The notes: generated from the letters alone by a model not told the origin. 64,000 nt of DNA from an uncultured Chloroflexia bacterium (GCA_963819655.1 CAWFXA010000002.1:1280001-1344000); one strand, 5' to 3'. Positions 38,029-47,543 are shown, counted from the first letter of the stretch. Numbers and translations are program-made.

Positions 38029-39354
38029 CTAGCGGCGGTCCCGGGCTCCGGATCGCTCTGCGCGCCGGCCGTCACGCGGTGCACCTGAGACACCGGCGCC
38101 CGATCGCTGTCGGACGGGCTTTCGATGCGCATGGTGATCGCGACCGACCCGCGCGTGACCGGCCCGCATCCCGAGCGGCCGCGGCTCGGCGGAGCGATCG
38201 GGCACGAAGCCCTCCTCGACCGTCCACGGGATCGCTCTCTTCAGCATCCGCTGGATGCCGCGCAGCAGATCGACCTCGTCGATGCAGACCAGGCTGATCG
38301 CCTCGCCCGAGGCGCCCGCACGGCCGGTCCGGCCGATGCGATGGATGTAGTCCTGCGGGTTCCACGGCAGCTCGAAATTGACGACTACCGGGAGGTCCTC
38401 GATATCGAGACCTCGCGCCGCCACATCGGTGGCGACCAGGACCCGGATGTCGCCCGACTTGAAGCCCTCGAGCGCCCGGGTGCGTTCCGGCTGCGAGCGA
38501 TCGCTGTGGATCGCGACCGCATCGAGACCGTCGCGGTCAAGGCGTGAGGCGAGGCGTGATGCCGCGAGCTTGGTGCGCGTGAAGACGAGGACCTGGTGGA
38601 GGTCGTCGGCCCGGATGAGGTGGGCCAGCAGCTCCTCCTTGCGGTCGCGGTCGACCGGGTAGACGAGCTGATTGACGGCCTCGGCTGCCGTGTTGCGGGG
38701 CATGACCTCGACGGTCTCCGGGTCGCGCAGGATCGTCCCGGACAGGCGCCGGATGTCCTCCGAGAACGTCGCCGAGAACATCAGGTTCTGGCGGCGCTTC
38801 GGCAGGAGCTCGATGATCCGCTGGATATCGGGCAGGAAGCCCATGTCCAGCATGCGGTCGGCTTCATCGAGCACGAGCACTTCGACCTGGCCGAGATTGG
38901 CCACGCGTTGCCCGACGAGGTCGAGCAGCCGCCCGGGCGTGGCCGTGAGGATCTCGACACCGGCGCGCAGCGCCTTGATCTGCGGATCCATCGGGATGCC
39001 GCCGTAGACGACCGCGGAGCGCAACGGGACGGTCCGCCCGTACGTCCGCACGGACTCGTCGACCTGCATCGCGAGCTCGCGCGTCGGGACGAGGATCAGG
39101 ACGCGCACGGGGTGGCGCGCGGGTGAGAACGAATTGTTTGCGTGGCCGCGGAGTCGATCGAGGATCGGCAGGGTGAATGCGGCGGTCTTGCCGGTGCCGG
39201 TCTGGGCGGCGGCGAGGACGTCGCGGCCCTGGAGGACGAAGGGGATGGCGGCTGCCTGGACCGGTGTCGGGGTCGTATAGCCCTCGGCGGCCACGGTCGC
39301 GAGCAGATCGGCCGAAAGGCCGAGCGAGTCGAAGGTCAAATGTTGCTCCTGCAT
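38029..39354 (-). CDS. rhlE: DEAD-box RNA helicase (RhlE-like)
   Basis: AQTGTGKT, PTRELA, DEAD, SAT, ARGLD, HRIGRTGR. Confidence 0.9.
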   Translation of the reverse strand: MQEQHLTFDSLGLSADLLATVAAEGYTTPTPVQAAAIPFVLQGRDVLAAAQTGTGKTAAFTLPILDRLRGHANNSFSPARHPVRVLILVPTRELAMQVDESVRTYGRTVPLRSAVVYGGIPMDPQIKALRAGVEILTATPGRLLDLVGQRVANLGQVEVLVLDEADRMLDMGFLPDIQRIIELLPKRRQNLMFSATFSEDIRRLSGTILRDPETVEVMPRNTAAEAVNQLVYPVDRDRKEELLAHLIRADDLHQVLVFTRTKLAASRLASRLDRDGLDAVAIHSDRSQPERTRALEGFKSGDIRVLVATDVAARGLDIEDLPVVVNFELPWNPQDYIHRIGRTGRAGASGEAISLVCIDEVDLLRGIQRMLKRAIPWTVEEGFVPDRSAEPRPLGMRAGHARVGRDHHAHRKPVRQRSGAGVSGAPRDGRRAERSGARDRR

Positions 39355-39871
39355 GGGTCCCGTGCCGTCGCGGGCGGGGATCCGCGGGAGCGCGACGGCG
39401 GTGCCGGCCGTGCGCGCGATCGCGCAGCCGCACGTCGGCCGCCCGGAGCATAGCCGATATCGAGGCGAGGCAGTCGCCGCACGGTCGTCGGTGCCTAGCC
39501 GGCGCGGTGCACCCGGGCACCGGAAACGTCGCGGCATCACCCTGTCGCGGGCGTCATGGGACCTCTGGCTGCAGACAACCCGGAGGTGCCACTGCCATAC
39601 TCCCAGTCGACCCCCACGCGTCAACCCCGATAGACAGGCCCAACAGAAGACTCGCCGCCCCCCACGGCAGAAACCCTGTCACCCGTCGGGTATCGCACTC
39701 GACACCCGCGTTCCGGTTCATCCGGATCGTGGCCGCTATCGCTCCGCACGCTCACAGCGGATCGATCGCAAGCCGGCCTCATCCTCCCTCCGCGCTCCCC
39801 TGCCACGGGCGGCACCACTCACCGTCATCGCGTCCCCCACGCGATGTTCTGGCAGTGAGGAGGCAAGGACA

Positions 39872-40720
39872 TTGCCGGTTCGTCCCATCGGCGCCCAGCG
39901 GGCGTCCATCTCGCGCTCCCGGCGGATCTTCGTCGTCGGATTGCTGGCCGCCGTCGCCGGTAGCCTCGGCACCATGGCGGCGCCGCAGGAGACTCGCGCG
40001 GCGAGCATCAAGGTCGTCGTGGTCGTCGGACCGGCGGGGTCCAGTACGGCCAAGTACCGCGACAGTGCCCGCGTCTACGCCAACCTCGCCCGCTCCTATG
40101 GAGCGTCGGTCACCGAGCTCTACAGCCCGTACGCGACGTGGACGAGGGTCAGGTCCGCGGCACAAGGCGCGAACCTCCTCATCTATCTCGGCCATGGCAA
40201 CGGGTATCCCAGCCCGTACGGCTCGTTCCAGAAATACACCAAGGACGGGATGGGGCTGAACGCCACGTCCGGGAACGGCAACTCCAACACCAAATACTGG
40301 GGCGAGTACTACATCGATCGCTACATCCAGATGGCCCCCAACGCAGTGGTGATCCTCAATCGCCTCTGTTACGCGTCGGGCAACTCCGAGTGGGGTTCCG
40401 CCAACCCGACCAAGGCGACCGCCATCAAGCGTGTCGACAACTACGGCGCCGGGTTCCTGCGCACCGGCGCGAAGGTGGTCTTCGCCGAGGCGATCAACAG
40501 CGTGTCGCACCAGGTCCGGTCGCTGTTCACGACGAACTACTCGATGAACACGATCCTGATGACGCACCCGAGCGCCAGCAGCGCGCGCGACTTCTACTTC
40601 ACGTCGTCGCGTACGTACTGGGCGAAGGCCCATCTCGATCCGCCGCAGTCGGGGAAGTACTGGCGCGCGGCCATCGGCAATCTCAGTCTCACCGCAGCCC
40701 AGTGGCGAGCCGGCGGCTGA
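39872..40720 (+). CDS. Secreted protein with putative clan CD (caspase/gingipain-like) peptidase domain
   Basis: TTG start after GAGGAGG; signal peptide; LIYLGHG and LNRLCYASG. Confidence 0.65.
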   Translation: MPVRPIGAQRASISRSRRIFVVGLLAAVAGSLGTMAAPQETRAASIKVVVVVGPAGSSTAKYRDSARVYANLARSYGASVTELYSPYATWTRVRSAAQGANLLIYLGHGNGYPSPYGSFQKYTKDGMGLNATSGNGNSNTKYWGEYYIDRYIQMAPNAVVILNRLCYASGNSEWGSANPTKATAIKRVDNYGAGFLRTGAKVVFAEAINSVSHQVRSLFTTNYSMNTILMTHPSASSARDFYFTSSRTYWAKAHLDPPQSGKYWRAAIGNLSLTAAQWRAGG

Positions 40721-40833
40721 TGGTGGTGACGCGCTAACACCTTGAGGCCCGGCATCCGCCGGGCCTCATCGATTCGCGGCGAACGCCGGCGGCGCCGACG
40801 CGAGTCACACACCCAAGCCACTACCATGCCGTC

Positions 40834-41403
40834 ATGACCACGACGACCGATCGACTGCCGTTCACCGGTGACGACGAGGCCGACCGACTGCTCGTCGCCA
40901 GCCCGCTGGCCCTCCTGATCGGCTTCGCCCTGGACCAGCAGGTGACCGTCCAGAAGGCATTCAGCGGGCCGGCCGAGCTGCAGCGTCGCCTCGGACACCT
41001 TGACGCGGCCAAGATCGCGGCGACCGACCCAGCCAAACTCGACGCGGTCTTCCGCGAGCGACCCGCCCTGCACCGGTTCCCAGGCTCCATGGCCGGCAAG
41101 GTCCAGCAGCTCGCGGCAGCGGTCGCCCGCGACTACGACAACGATGCGAGCCTGATCTGGACCAAGGCCGTCGATGGCCGCGATCTCGAGCGACGTCTGC
41201 TCGGTCTGCCGGGCATCGGCGAGATGAAGGCGAAGAGCCTCATCGCGATCCTCGGCAAGCGACTCGGGGTCGACCTTCCGGGGATGGATGCCGTGATGCC
41301 GAAGCATCCGACCCTCGGCGATGTCGATTCCGCCGAGGCCCTGGCCGGATACCAGGCCGGCAAGCGGGCCCACAAGGCGTCGCTCCGCGCCGCCAAGGGC
41401 TGA
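40834..41403 (+). CDS. HhH-GPD-type base excision repair protein (actinobacterial type)
   Basis: PLALLIGFALDQQV, PALHRFPGSMA, LPGIGEMKAK HhH motif. Confidence 0.88.
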   Translation: MTTTTDRLPFTGDDEADRLLVASPLALLIGFALDQQVTVQKAFSGPAELQRRLGHLDAAKIAATDPAKLDAVFRERPALHRFPGSMAGKVQQLAAAVARDYDNDASLIWTKAVDGRDLERRLLGLPGIGEMKAKSLIAILGKRLGVDLPGMDAVMPKHPTLGDVDSAEALAGYQAGKRAHKASLRAAKG

Positions 41404-41416
41404 CCCCCGGACACGA

Positions 41417-41445
41417 AACGACCCCGGTGGAGAGCCGGGGTCGTT
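41417..41445. terminator. Hairpin terminator between convergent genes
   Basis: AACGACCCCGG-N7-CCGGGGTCGTT. Confidence 0.75.
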
Positions 41446-41469
41446 CGCCTGCGCGGAGAGTTTCTATGG

Positions 41470-41619
41470 TCAGCGGCCGATGAGCCAGGGTCGTCGGTCT
41501 TGATCCCCGACCCCGGGCCGTGAGTCGGCGCCGAAGCGGATCGCCGTCACGGCGAGCGCGACGAACGGTCCGATGAAGATGATCGCCGCAAGGGCGCCCA
41601 TCGCGGAGTCGATGATCAT
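41470..41619 (-). CDS. 49-aa single-TM microprotein with GADSR motif
   Basis: MIIDSAMGALAAIIFIGPFVALAVTAIRFGADSRPG...; strong AAAGGAAGGG RBS. Confidence 0.7.
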   Translation of the reverse strand: MIIDSAMGALAAIIFIGPFVALAVTAIRFGADSRPGVGDQDRRPWLIGR

Positions 41620-41642
41620 GTCCGTCGCCCTTCCTTTCCGGT

Positions 41643-41751
41643 CCAGTCGAACCAGTCCATCTGAGCATCCGGATTGACATTGGACTGATGTGGCGGCATA
41701 TTGGCACGCATGACGGACCAGTCCAATAGCCAATTCTCACCAAGTGGACTG
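41643..41751. promoter_or_regulatory. Putative MocR operator repeats and promoter
   Basis: CAGTCCA/TGGACTG at about 41653, 41681, 41719, 41745; TTGACA-N17-CATATT (41674-41702). Confidence 0.6.
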
Positions 41752-43269
41752 AAAAGGCAATCTATGGTCACGGCGGCGGCACTCGTCGACATGATCAGGC
41801 CCTGGGCGGACGGCGCGGATCCTCTCAATGAGCAGCTCGCCGACGCGCTGGCTCGCGCGATCGAGATCGGGATGCTGCCTGCGGGGACCAGGCTGCCGGC
41901 AGAGCGGGAGCTCGCTCGCGAGCTTGCGCTCAGTCGGACGACGATCGTGGCCGCCTACGATCGTCTGCGCCTGGCCGGTCTCGCACGGAGCCGGCAGGGC
42001 AGCGGGACCCGCGTCGCGACTCGCCGTCCGGGGCTGTTCGCCTTCACCCCGACCCGCGCGGAGGATACGGATACCGAGGCGCCGTTCCGGATCGCGCGCT
42101 CGTCGGCGAGGGACGGAGGTTCCCCGGACTGGCTCGTCCAGCACGATGCAAACGCGATCCAGTTCACGATCGGCGCGCTCCCGGCCGGTCCGGCTGTCGC
42201 GAGCTGCGTCGAGACCGCGATGCGTGACGACGTGCCGGCACTCCTCAACGAGATGGGCTACGACCCGTTCGGGTGGGCCCGGCTCCGCGCGGGGATCGCC
42301 GCCTACCTCGACCGGCTCGGCGTCCCGACCGACCCCGACCAGATCCTGGTCACGAACGGGGCGCAGCAGGCGGTCCACCTCATCGGCTCGCAGATCGGCG
42401 GTCCGGGTAGCGCGGTCGTCCTCGAGAACCCGACGTATATCGGCGCTATCGACGCGTTCCGGACGACCGGCAACCGCCTGTTGCCGATGCCGGTCGACCC
42501 CGACGGCCCTCGCGTCGACATGGCCGGACTCCTCGCGGCCAGCGCGCCCGTCCAGCTCGCCTACGTCGTGCCGACCTTCCACAACCCGACCGGCGCCACG
42601 ATGCCCGAGGCACGTCGCCGTGAGCTTGCTCGCGCGGCCGGCGAGTTCGGGTTCCAGGTGGTCGAGGACCTGACGCCCGACTGGACCCTCGGGGTGGATG
42701 CGCCGCCGCCGATCGCGGCGTTCGACCCCGGCGACCGTGTCATCACGATCGGATCGCTCAGCAAGCTGGCGTGGGGCGGCCTGCGCATCGGCTGGATCCG
42801 CGCCCCACGCGCCGACATCGACCGGCTCGTCGCCGGCAAGATCGTCGCGGATCATGCGACGAGCCTGATCACCCAAGCCATCGCGGCCCGGGTCCTCGAC
42901 CGGATCGACGAGGTGGTGGCCGGAACGGTCGCCGCTGCGGCCGAACGCCGCGCGATCGTGACCCGGGCCCTTGCCGAGCGGCTCCCCGAGTGGACCTGGA
43001 CGATGCCGGAGGGCGGCCTGTCGCTGTGGATCCGGCTGCCCGATGCCGACGCCGTGCAGTTCAGCCGGCTCGCCGCCAGACATGGCGTCATCGTCCGGCC
43101 TGGACCCCTGGCGTCCCCGGATGGCGGCTTCCGAGACCACATCCGGATCGCATACGGCGCGGATCCGGAACGGCTCGTCGAGGGCGTCGAACGGCTGGCC
43201 GCCGCGTGGGCCGAATACTCGCCTGCGACGCGACGGCTCGGCCGGCAGTCGGTGGCCATCAGCGTCTGA
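41710..43269 (+). CDS. MocR/GabR family (GntR HTH + PLP aminotransferase) regulator
   Basis: RLPAERELA..LSRTT..AY, GAQQA, PTFHNPTG, GSLSK..GGLRIGW. Confidence 0.92.
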   Translation: MTDQSNSQFSPSGLKRQSMVTAAALVDMIRPWADGADPLNEQLADALARAIEIGMLPAGTRLPAERELARELALSRTTIVAAYDRLRLAGLARSRQGSGTRVATRRPGLFAFTPTRAEDTDTEAPFRIARSSARDGGSPDWLVQHDANAIQFTIGALPAGPAVASCVETAMRDDVPALLNEMGYDPFGWARLRAGIAAYLDRLGVPTDPDQILVTNGAQQAVHLIGSQIGGPGSAVVLENPTYIGAIDAFRTTGNRLLPMPVDPDGPRVDMAGLLAASAPVQLAYVVPTFHNPTGATMPEARRRELARAAGEFGFQVVEDLTPDWTLGVDAPPPIAAFDPGDRVITIGSLSKLAWGGLRIGWIRAPRADIDRLVAGKIVADHATSLITQAIAARVLDRIDEVVAGTVAAAAERRAIVTRALAERLPEWTWTMPEGGLSLWIRLPDADAVQFSRLAARHGVIVRPGPLASPDGGFRDHIRIAYGADPERLVEGVERLAAAWAEYSPATRRLGRQSVAISV

Positions 43270-43330
43270 CGGCCGGCCTTAGAGGTCGTCGGCCCGATGG
43301 TCTGGGTCCGGCTAGACTGGGGACTCCCCC

Positions 43331-43939
43331 ATGTCCGAGCTGCCCGACGAGCCGCCGCCAGTGCGACGCCGCACGCCTCGAGGGCAGCGGCCGCGGTTCG
43401 TCATGCCGACCGAGCACCATGATGAGCGCGTCGGCGAGGTCATCGAGGCGTTCCTCGACGGACCTCGCCTCCGGGCGCGGATGGCTCCGCGGCCGCTACG
43501 TCGTCGCGATGCGCTGCGGGCGATACGCCAGCCGATCCCGCTCGACACGCGCCTGGATTGGGATGTCGCGCTCCGTCACGAGGACGCCCGGATACGGCGG
43601 TACGCACGGCCCGCATCGGTGCTGGTGATCCGCATCGACGCCCCAAGGCCGGAGATGGCGGAATACATGGCCGGGCGCATCGGCGATGTCGTCCGCGAGC
43701 ACGCGCGCGAGACCGACCGCGTGACCCGGGCCGCGACCGACCGCTACCACGTGCTGCTGCCCGAGACCGACGAGGTCCAGGCGGACGTCATGGCCGACCG
43801 CATCCGCGATGCCTGCAAGGATCGGATGCCGGGCCTGAACGGAAGCGAGCCGGAGGTGTACGTCGCACCGGCGAGCCCGGCCGAGGGCGAGACCCTGCAT
43901 GACGCTCTCCGCGCGGCACAAGTCGCCGTCGGCGCCTGA
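43331..43939 (+). CDS. Degenerate GGDEF-like domain protein
   Basis: E..R..RY.RP.SVL..., RETDRVTR....Y.VLLPET; A-site reads AATDR rather than GGDEF. Confidence 0.65.
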   Translation: MSELPDEPPPVRRRTPRGQRPRFVMPTEHHDERVGEVIEAFLDGPRLRARMAPRPLRRRDALRAIRQPIPLDTRLDWDVALRHEDARIRRYARPASVLVIRIDAPRPEMAEYMAGRIGDVVREHARETDRVTRAATDRYHVLLPETDEVQADVMADRIRDACKDRMPGLNGSEPEVYVAPASPAEGETLHDALRAAQVAVGA

Positions 43940-43944
43940 CGGGT

Positions 43945-44334
43945 TCAGCGGACCAGGTCGTCGACCAGGCGTTCGAGCTCGGCTGCGGGATCGTCGGTCA
44001 GGCCGGTGTGGACCGGCGACGGCTGGATGATCGTGCTGGCGGGGGACACGAGCCAGTGGAACCGCTCAGCGATCGACAGGCGCGCGATCGGCCCGCCGGC
44101 TGGGTCTCCCCGCGCGATCCGCTCGATCGCCTCGAGGTGCGGACGGATGGCGGCGGGATCGGCATCGGGCGCGATCGCCTTGAGGCGTGCGTCATCGAGC
44201 GCTGTCCGTGCCCCGATGAACGCCAGCGACCGACAGAGCAGCACGACGCCGGCGTTGATGCACTCGCCACGCTCGACGTGGGGCACAACGCGCACGATCG
44301 CGTACTGGTAGGGGTTACGCGGCTCGTCGGGCAC
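43945..44334 (-). CDS. DUF3037 family protein
   Basis: YQYAIVRVVPHVERGECINAGV, RFHWL.SP.STIIQPSPVHTG. Confidence 0.88.
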   Translation of the reverse strand: MPDEPRNPYQYAIVRVVPHVERGECINAGVVLLCRSLAFIGARTALDDARLKAIAPDADPAAIRPHLEAIERIARGDPAGGPIARLSIAERFHWLVSPASTIIQPSPVHTGLTDDPAAELERLVDDLVR

Positions 44335-45100
44335 GATCCGCCTCCTCGACGAACCGGGTGCGCGCCGCGAGCCGGCGCTCGAGGTAGTCGACGTACGCCG
44401 CACGCTGGGCATCCGCCCCGCCGATCACGCGATCGTCGGGCAGCCACGGATCTGGGATCGCGGCCGCGAGGCCGGTGAACAGCTCGGATCCAAGGCGCGG
44501 CGCAAGGCGCGCGTCCGCGGCCTCGAGCGGCTCCGCGAACGGCAGCAGCACATGATCGCGCACCCGCTCGAACGGCTGCTCCGCGTGGACCTCGGGATTC
44601 CGCCAGGTGTGGTGGATGTAGAGGGCTGCGCCGTGGTCGATCAGCCAGGTGCGCCCGTGCCAGTCGATGAGGTTGGGGTTCGCGACGGTCCTGTCCGGGT
44701 TCGTGACGAACGCGTCCAGCCAGACGACATCGGCCGCCATGGCCGGATCGGGGACGGGGGAGGCGGCCGGGTTGAACGCCAGCGCGCCGGGGAGGAAGTC
44801 GAGGCCGAGGTTGACGCCACCGCTCCGGTGGACGAGGTCCTGGAGCTCCTCGTCGGGCTCGGCGTCGCCGAGCCCGGGATCGACATCGATGAAGACAAGG
44901 TCCGGCACCGGCAGACCCAGCGCGCGGGCGATCTCGCCGGCCAGCCATTCCGCCACCAGGGCGCGTGGCCCCTGGCCGGCGCCGTGGAACTTCACGACGT
45001 ACAGGCCATCGTCGTCGGCCTCGACGAGACCAGGCAGTGAGCCGCCCTCACGCAACGGCGTCACATAGCGGGTCGCGGTCACGTGGCGCGGTTCGGGCAT
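44315..45100 (-). CDS. HipA-like kinase (HipA_2 type)
   Basis: PLREGGSLP, YVVKF, NPDRT..NPN, LIDHG. Confidence 0.88.
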   Translation of the reverse strand: MPEPRHVTATRYVTPLREGGSLPGLVEADDDGLYVVKFHGAGQGPRALVAEWLAGEIARALGLPVPDLVFIDVDPGLGDAEPDEELQDLVHRSGGVNLGLDFLPGALAFNPAASPVPDPAMAADVVWLDAFVTNPDRTVANPNLIDWHGRTWLIDHGAALYIHHTWRNPEVHAEQPFERVRDHVLLPFAEPLEAADARLAPRLGSELFTGLAAAIPDPWLPDDRVIGGADAQRAAYVDYLERRLAARTRFVEEADRARRAA

Positions 45101-45216
45101 CGCGCCGGAGTCTACCGTCCCGGCCGTCGTGTGCAGGAGCGCATCGGTCTCGGCGGCTGAGGGCACGGCCGCGGGTACGCTCACTGGGACACGCCAAACC
45201 GACCACAGGAGACCAT

Positions 45217-46194
45217 GTGACCGACACGGAACGCCGCCTCGAGCCGGGTGAGGCGCTCGACCATGCCGAGGCTATCGACGCCGATCGAGCGCTGCTCGTC
45301 GAGCTCGAGCCGGAGGCCGGGCGCCTGTTCGATCGGCACGTCAAGGTCGCGCAGGAGTGGTTCCCGCACGAGTACATCCCGTATCGACTCGGTCGGGACT
45401 TCGACAAGGAGCCGTGGACGCCCGACCAGCCCCGGTTGACCGGTGTCGCGCAGACGGCCTTCGAGATCGGCCTCCTCACCGAGGACAACCTGCCCTCGTA
45501 TCACCGGCTGATCCATGGGATGTTCGGCAAGGGCGACGGGGCGTGGATCAATTGGGTCGGCCGCTGGACGGCTGAGGAAGGGCGCCACGCGATCGTGCTG
45601 CGCGATTACCTGACCGTCACGCGGAACATCGATCCTGTCTTGCTGGAGCGCGGGCGGATGACCCAGCTCCAGCAGGGCTACGAGCACGAAGCGCCGAGCA
45701 CGCTTCGTGGGCTGGCCTACGTGGCGTTCCAGGAGCTGGCGACCCGGATCGCGCATCGGAACACGGGGCGCTATTCGTCCGACCCGGTGGCCGACAGGAT
45801 CATGGTCCGGATCGCCGCCGACGAGAACCTCCACATGGTGTTCTACCGCGACATCCTCGGGGCGGCGCTGAAGGTCCAGCCATCCGCTGCGGTGCGCGCG
45901 ATCGTCGACGAGGTCCTCGCGTTCGAGATGCCTGGCGCCGGCATCCCGGGCTTCATCCGCAAGGCCGCGCAGATCGCGAAGGCCGGCATCTACGACCTGC
46001 GCGTCCACCACGACGAGGTGATCATGCCGATTCTGCGCCACTGGCGGATCTTCGAGCTCGAGGGGCTCGACGCCGCCGCGGAGGACGCCCGGCGCCGGCT
46101 CGCGGAGCACCTGGCGGCACTCGACGAGGCGGCGCGCCGGTTCGAGGAGAAGGTCGCGGGGTCGAACGTGCCGCGGATCGCGTCCACGGGATAG
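45217..46194 (+). CDS. Soluble acyl-ACP desaturase (DesA1-like, di-iron)
   Basis: LLTEDNLPSY, WTAEEGRH, YVAFQE, ADENLH; AGGAG RBS before GTG. Confidence 0.92.
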   Translation: MTDTERRLEPGEALDHAEAIDADRALLVELEPEAGRLFDRHVKVAQEWFPHEYIPYRLGRDFDKEPWTPDQPRLTGVAQTAFEIGLLTEDNLPSYHRLIHGMFGKGDGAWINWVGRWTAEEGRHAIVLRDYLTVTRNIDPVLLERGRMTQLQQGYEHEAPSTLRGLAYVAFQELATRIAHRNTGRYSSDPVADRIMVRIAADENLHMVFYRDILGAALKVQPSAAVRAIVDEVLAFEMPGAGIPGFIRKAAQIAKAGIYDLRVHHDEVIMPILRHWRIFELEGLDAAAEDARRRLAEHLAALDEAARRFEEKVAGSNVPRIASTG

Positions 46195-46349
46195 CCGGAG
46201 GCGCGGCGATCGTCGACCTCACTCCGCGTCCACTCCACCGCGTCGGTGGCATCCTCGCCCGGCGGCCCGATCCGCGTCCAGGCGACCTCGATCCGTGCCT
46301 CCGCGCCCGCGACCCTTACCGCCGCCCGCGACCGTGGCCGGCTCGCAGA

Positions 46350-46522
46350 TCCCTGACAAATGTCCATCAGGCGAGCACTCGTCACCGGATCTTGGTCATT
46401 TGGGTCTCGTGGTGGAACAGCTGACAACGACGAGCTCGAATCAGGAGATCCGCGTGCGGGGAACCAGCAGCGTCGGGCCAGGGCATCCGACCAATGACCG
46501 CCTCATGAGCATTTGGCACGAT
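46350..46522. repeat. Second cluster of family-A palindromic units
   Basis: Three inverted arm pairs; GAGCACTCGTCAC and GAGCATTTGGCA are identical to copies at 34336 and 34205. Confidence 0.7.
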
Positions 46523-46560
46523 CGCGGCACGACCGAGGCGGCGACCGCCCACCGACGACC

Positions 46561-47061
46561 CTAGAGCTGGACTGACCCGAGCGCGCCGATGACCGCGCCG
46601 AGCGCAGTAACCGCGAGCAGCACGATCCCGACGACGAGCAACATCAGCCCCACGAAGAATGCCTGCTCGCCGCGGGTCGACGCAGCCGGGTCTAGCGCGT
46701 GCCGCCGGAAGAGGTCGAGATTCCGCCTGTTCGAACGGAAGGCCACGTCGTAGAGGTCGCCGAGTAGCGGGATCGCGCCGATGCCGAGATCGACGAGCAG
46801 GTTCGCGATCATCCGACCGAGCACCACCTTCGGGATGCCGAACCGCGAGGCCTCGAGGATGACCCAGGAGCCGATCACTGCGCCATATACATCGCCGGCG
46901 ACCGGGATGAGGCCGATCAGCGGGTCGAGGCCGACCTTGATCGGCGTTCCGGGCACGGACACGAGCTCGTCGAGAACCCGCGTGACGCGCCCGATGCGCT
47001 GCTCGGTCGCGGCGAATTGTTCCGCACGTGACCGCCCGATCACCTCTCCTGTCACGGCCAT
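46561..47061 (-). CDS. DUF4112 membrane protein
   Basis: LD....PGT...GLDPLIGLIPVAGD, RM..N, GAIPLLGD. Confidence 0.88.
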   Translation of the reverse strand: MAVTGEVIGRSRAEQFAATEQRIGRVTRVLDELVSVPGTPIKVGLDPLIGLIPVAGDVYGAVIGSWVILEASRFGIPKVVLGRMIANLLVDLGIGAIPLLGDLYDVAFRSNRRNLDLFRRHALDPAASTRGEQAFFVGLMLLVVGIVLLAVTALGAVIGALGSVQL

Positions 47062-47366
47062 GGCACGAGTATGGACGGATGTCCATACCGCTTCGTGACA
47101 GACGTCACGTGCCGCCTTGCATCCGCGTGCGTACCTTCATGCCAAGCTCGAAACGGACCGCCGGACATGAAGACCCTCGACCGGCGGCGCGTCGATCCTC
47201 CGGCGGGATGCCGGGCGACGGCGGAGCCGGCAATCCTGACCGACGGTGGTCCGCTACAACCGAATCGCCGCAGGCCGCAAACGCCTTGGGACGTTGGGCG
47301 GCCAAACCGTTTAGCCCATTGGTATTCATGACGAGTTCCGGCATGTACAGCGGCCAAACTGATCAC

Positions 47367-47543
47367 ATGATGAACATCGAACTCGCCCGCATCCTCCAGG
47401 CCGAACGAGAGCGCGAGATCGAGATGGAGCTCCGCAACCGCCGCCTCCTCCGGTCCGCCGAAACGACCAAGTCCATCCCCGAAACGTCGCGGTCGATGCG
47501 CCGGCATCAGCGTGCGACGTCGACCGGCGCGACCTCGCGGTAA
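47367..47543 (+). CDS. Small (~58 aa) basic helical protein
   Basis: MMNIELARILQAEREREIEMELRNRRLLRS...; GC3-biased; start could be 47343. Confidence 0.5.
   Translation: MMNIELARILQAEREREIEMELRNRRLLRSAETTKSIPETSRSMRRHQRATSTGATSR

Noticed and set aside
39665-39700. c-di-GMP-I or c-di-AMP riboswitch upstream of the secreted protein
   Set aside because: Only a weak GGCAGAAACCC...GGGT resemblance; tetraloop/receptor and P2 elements are absent
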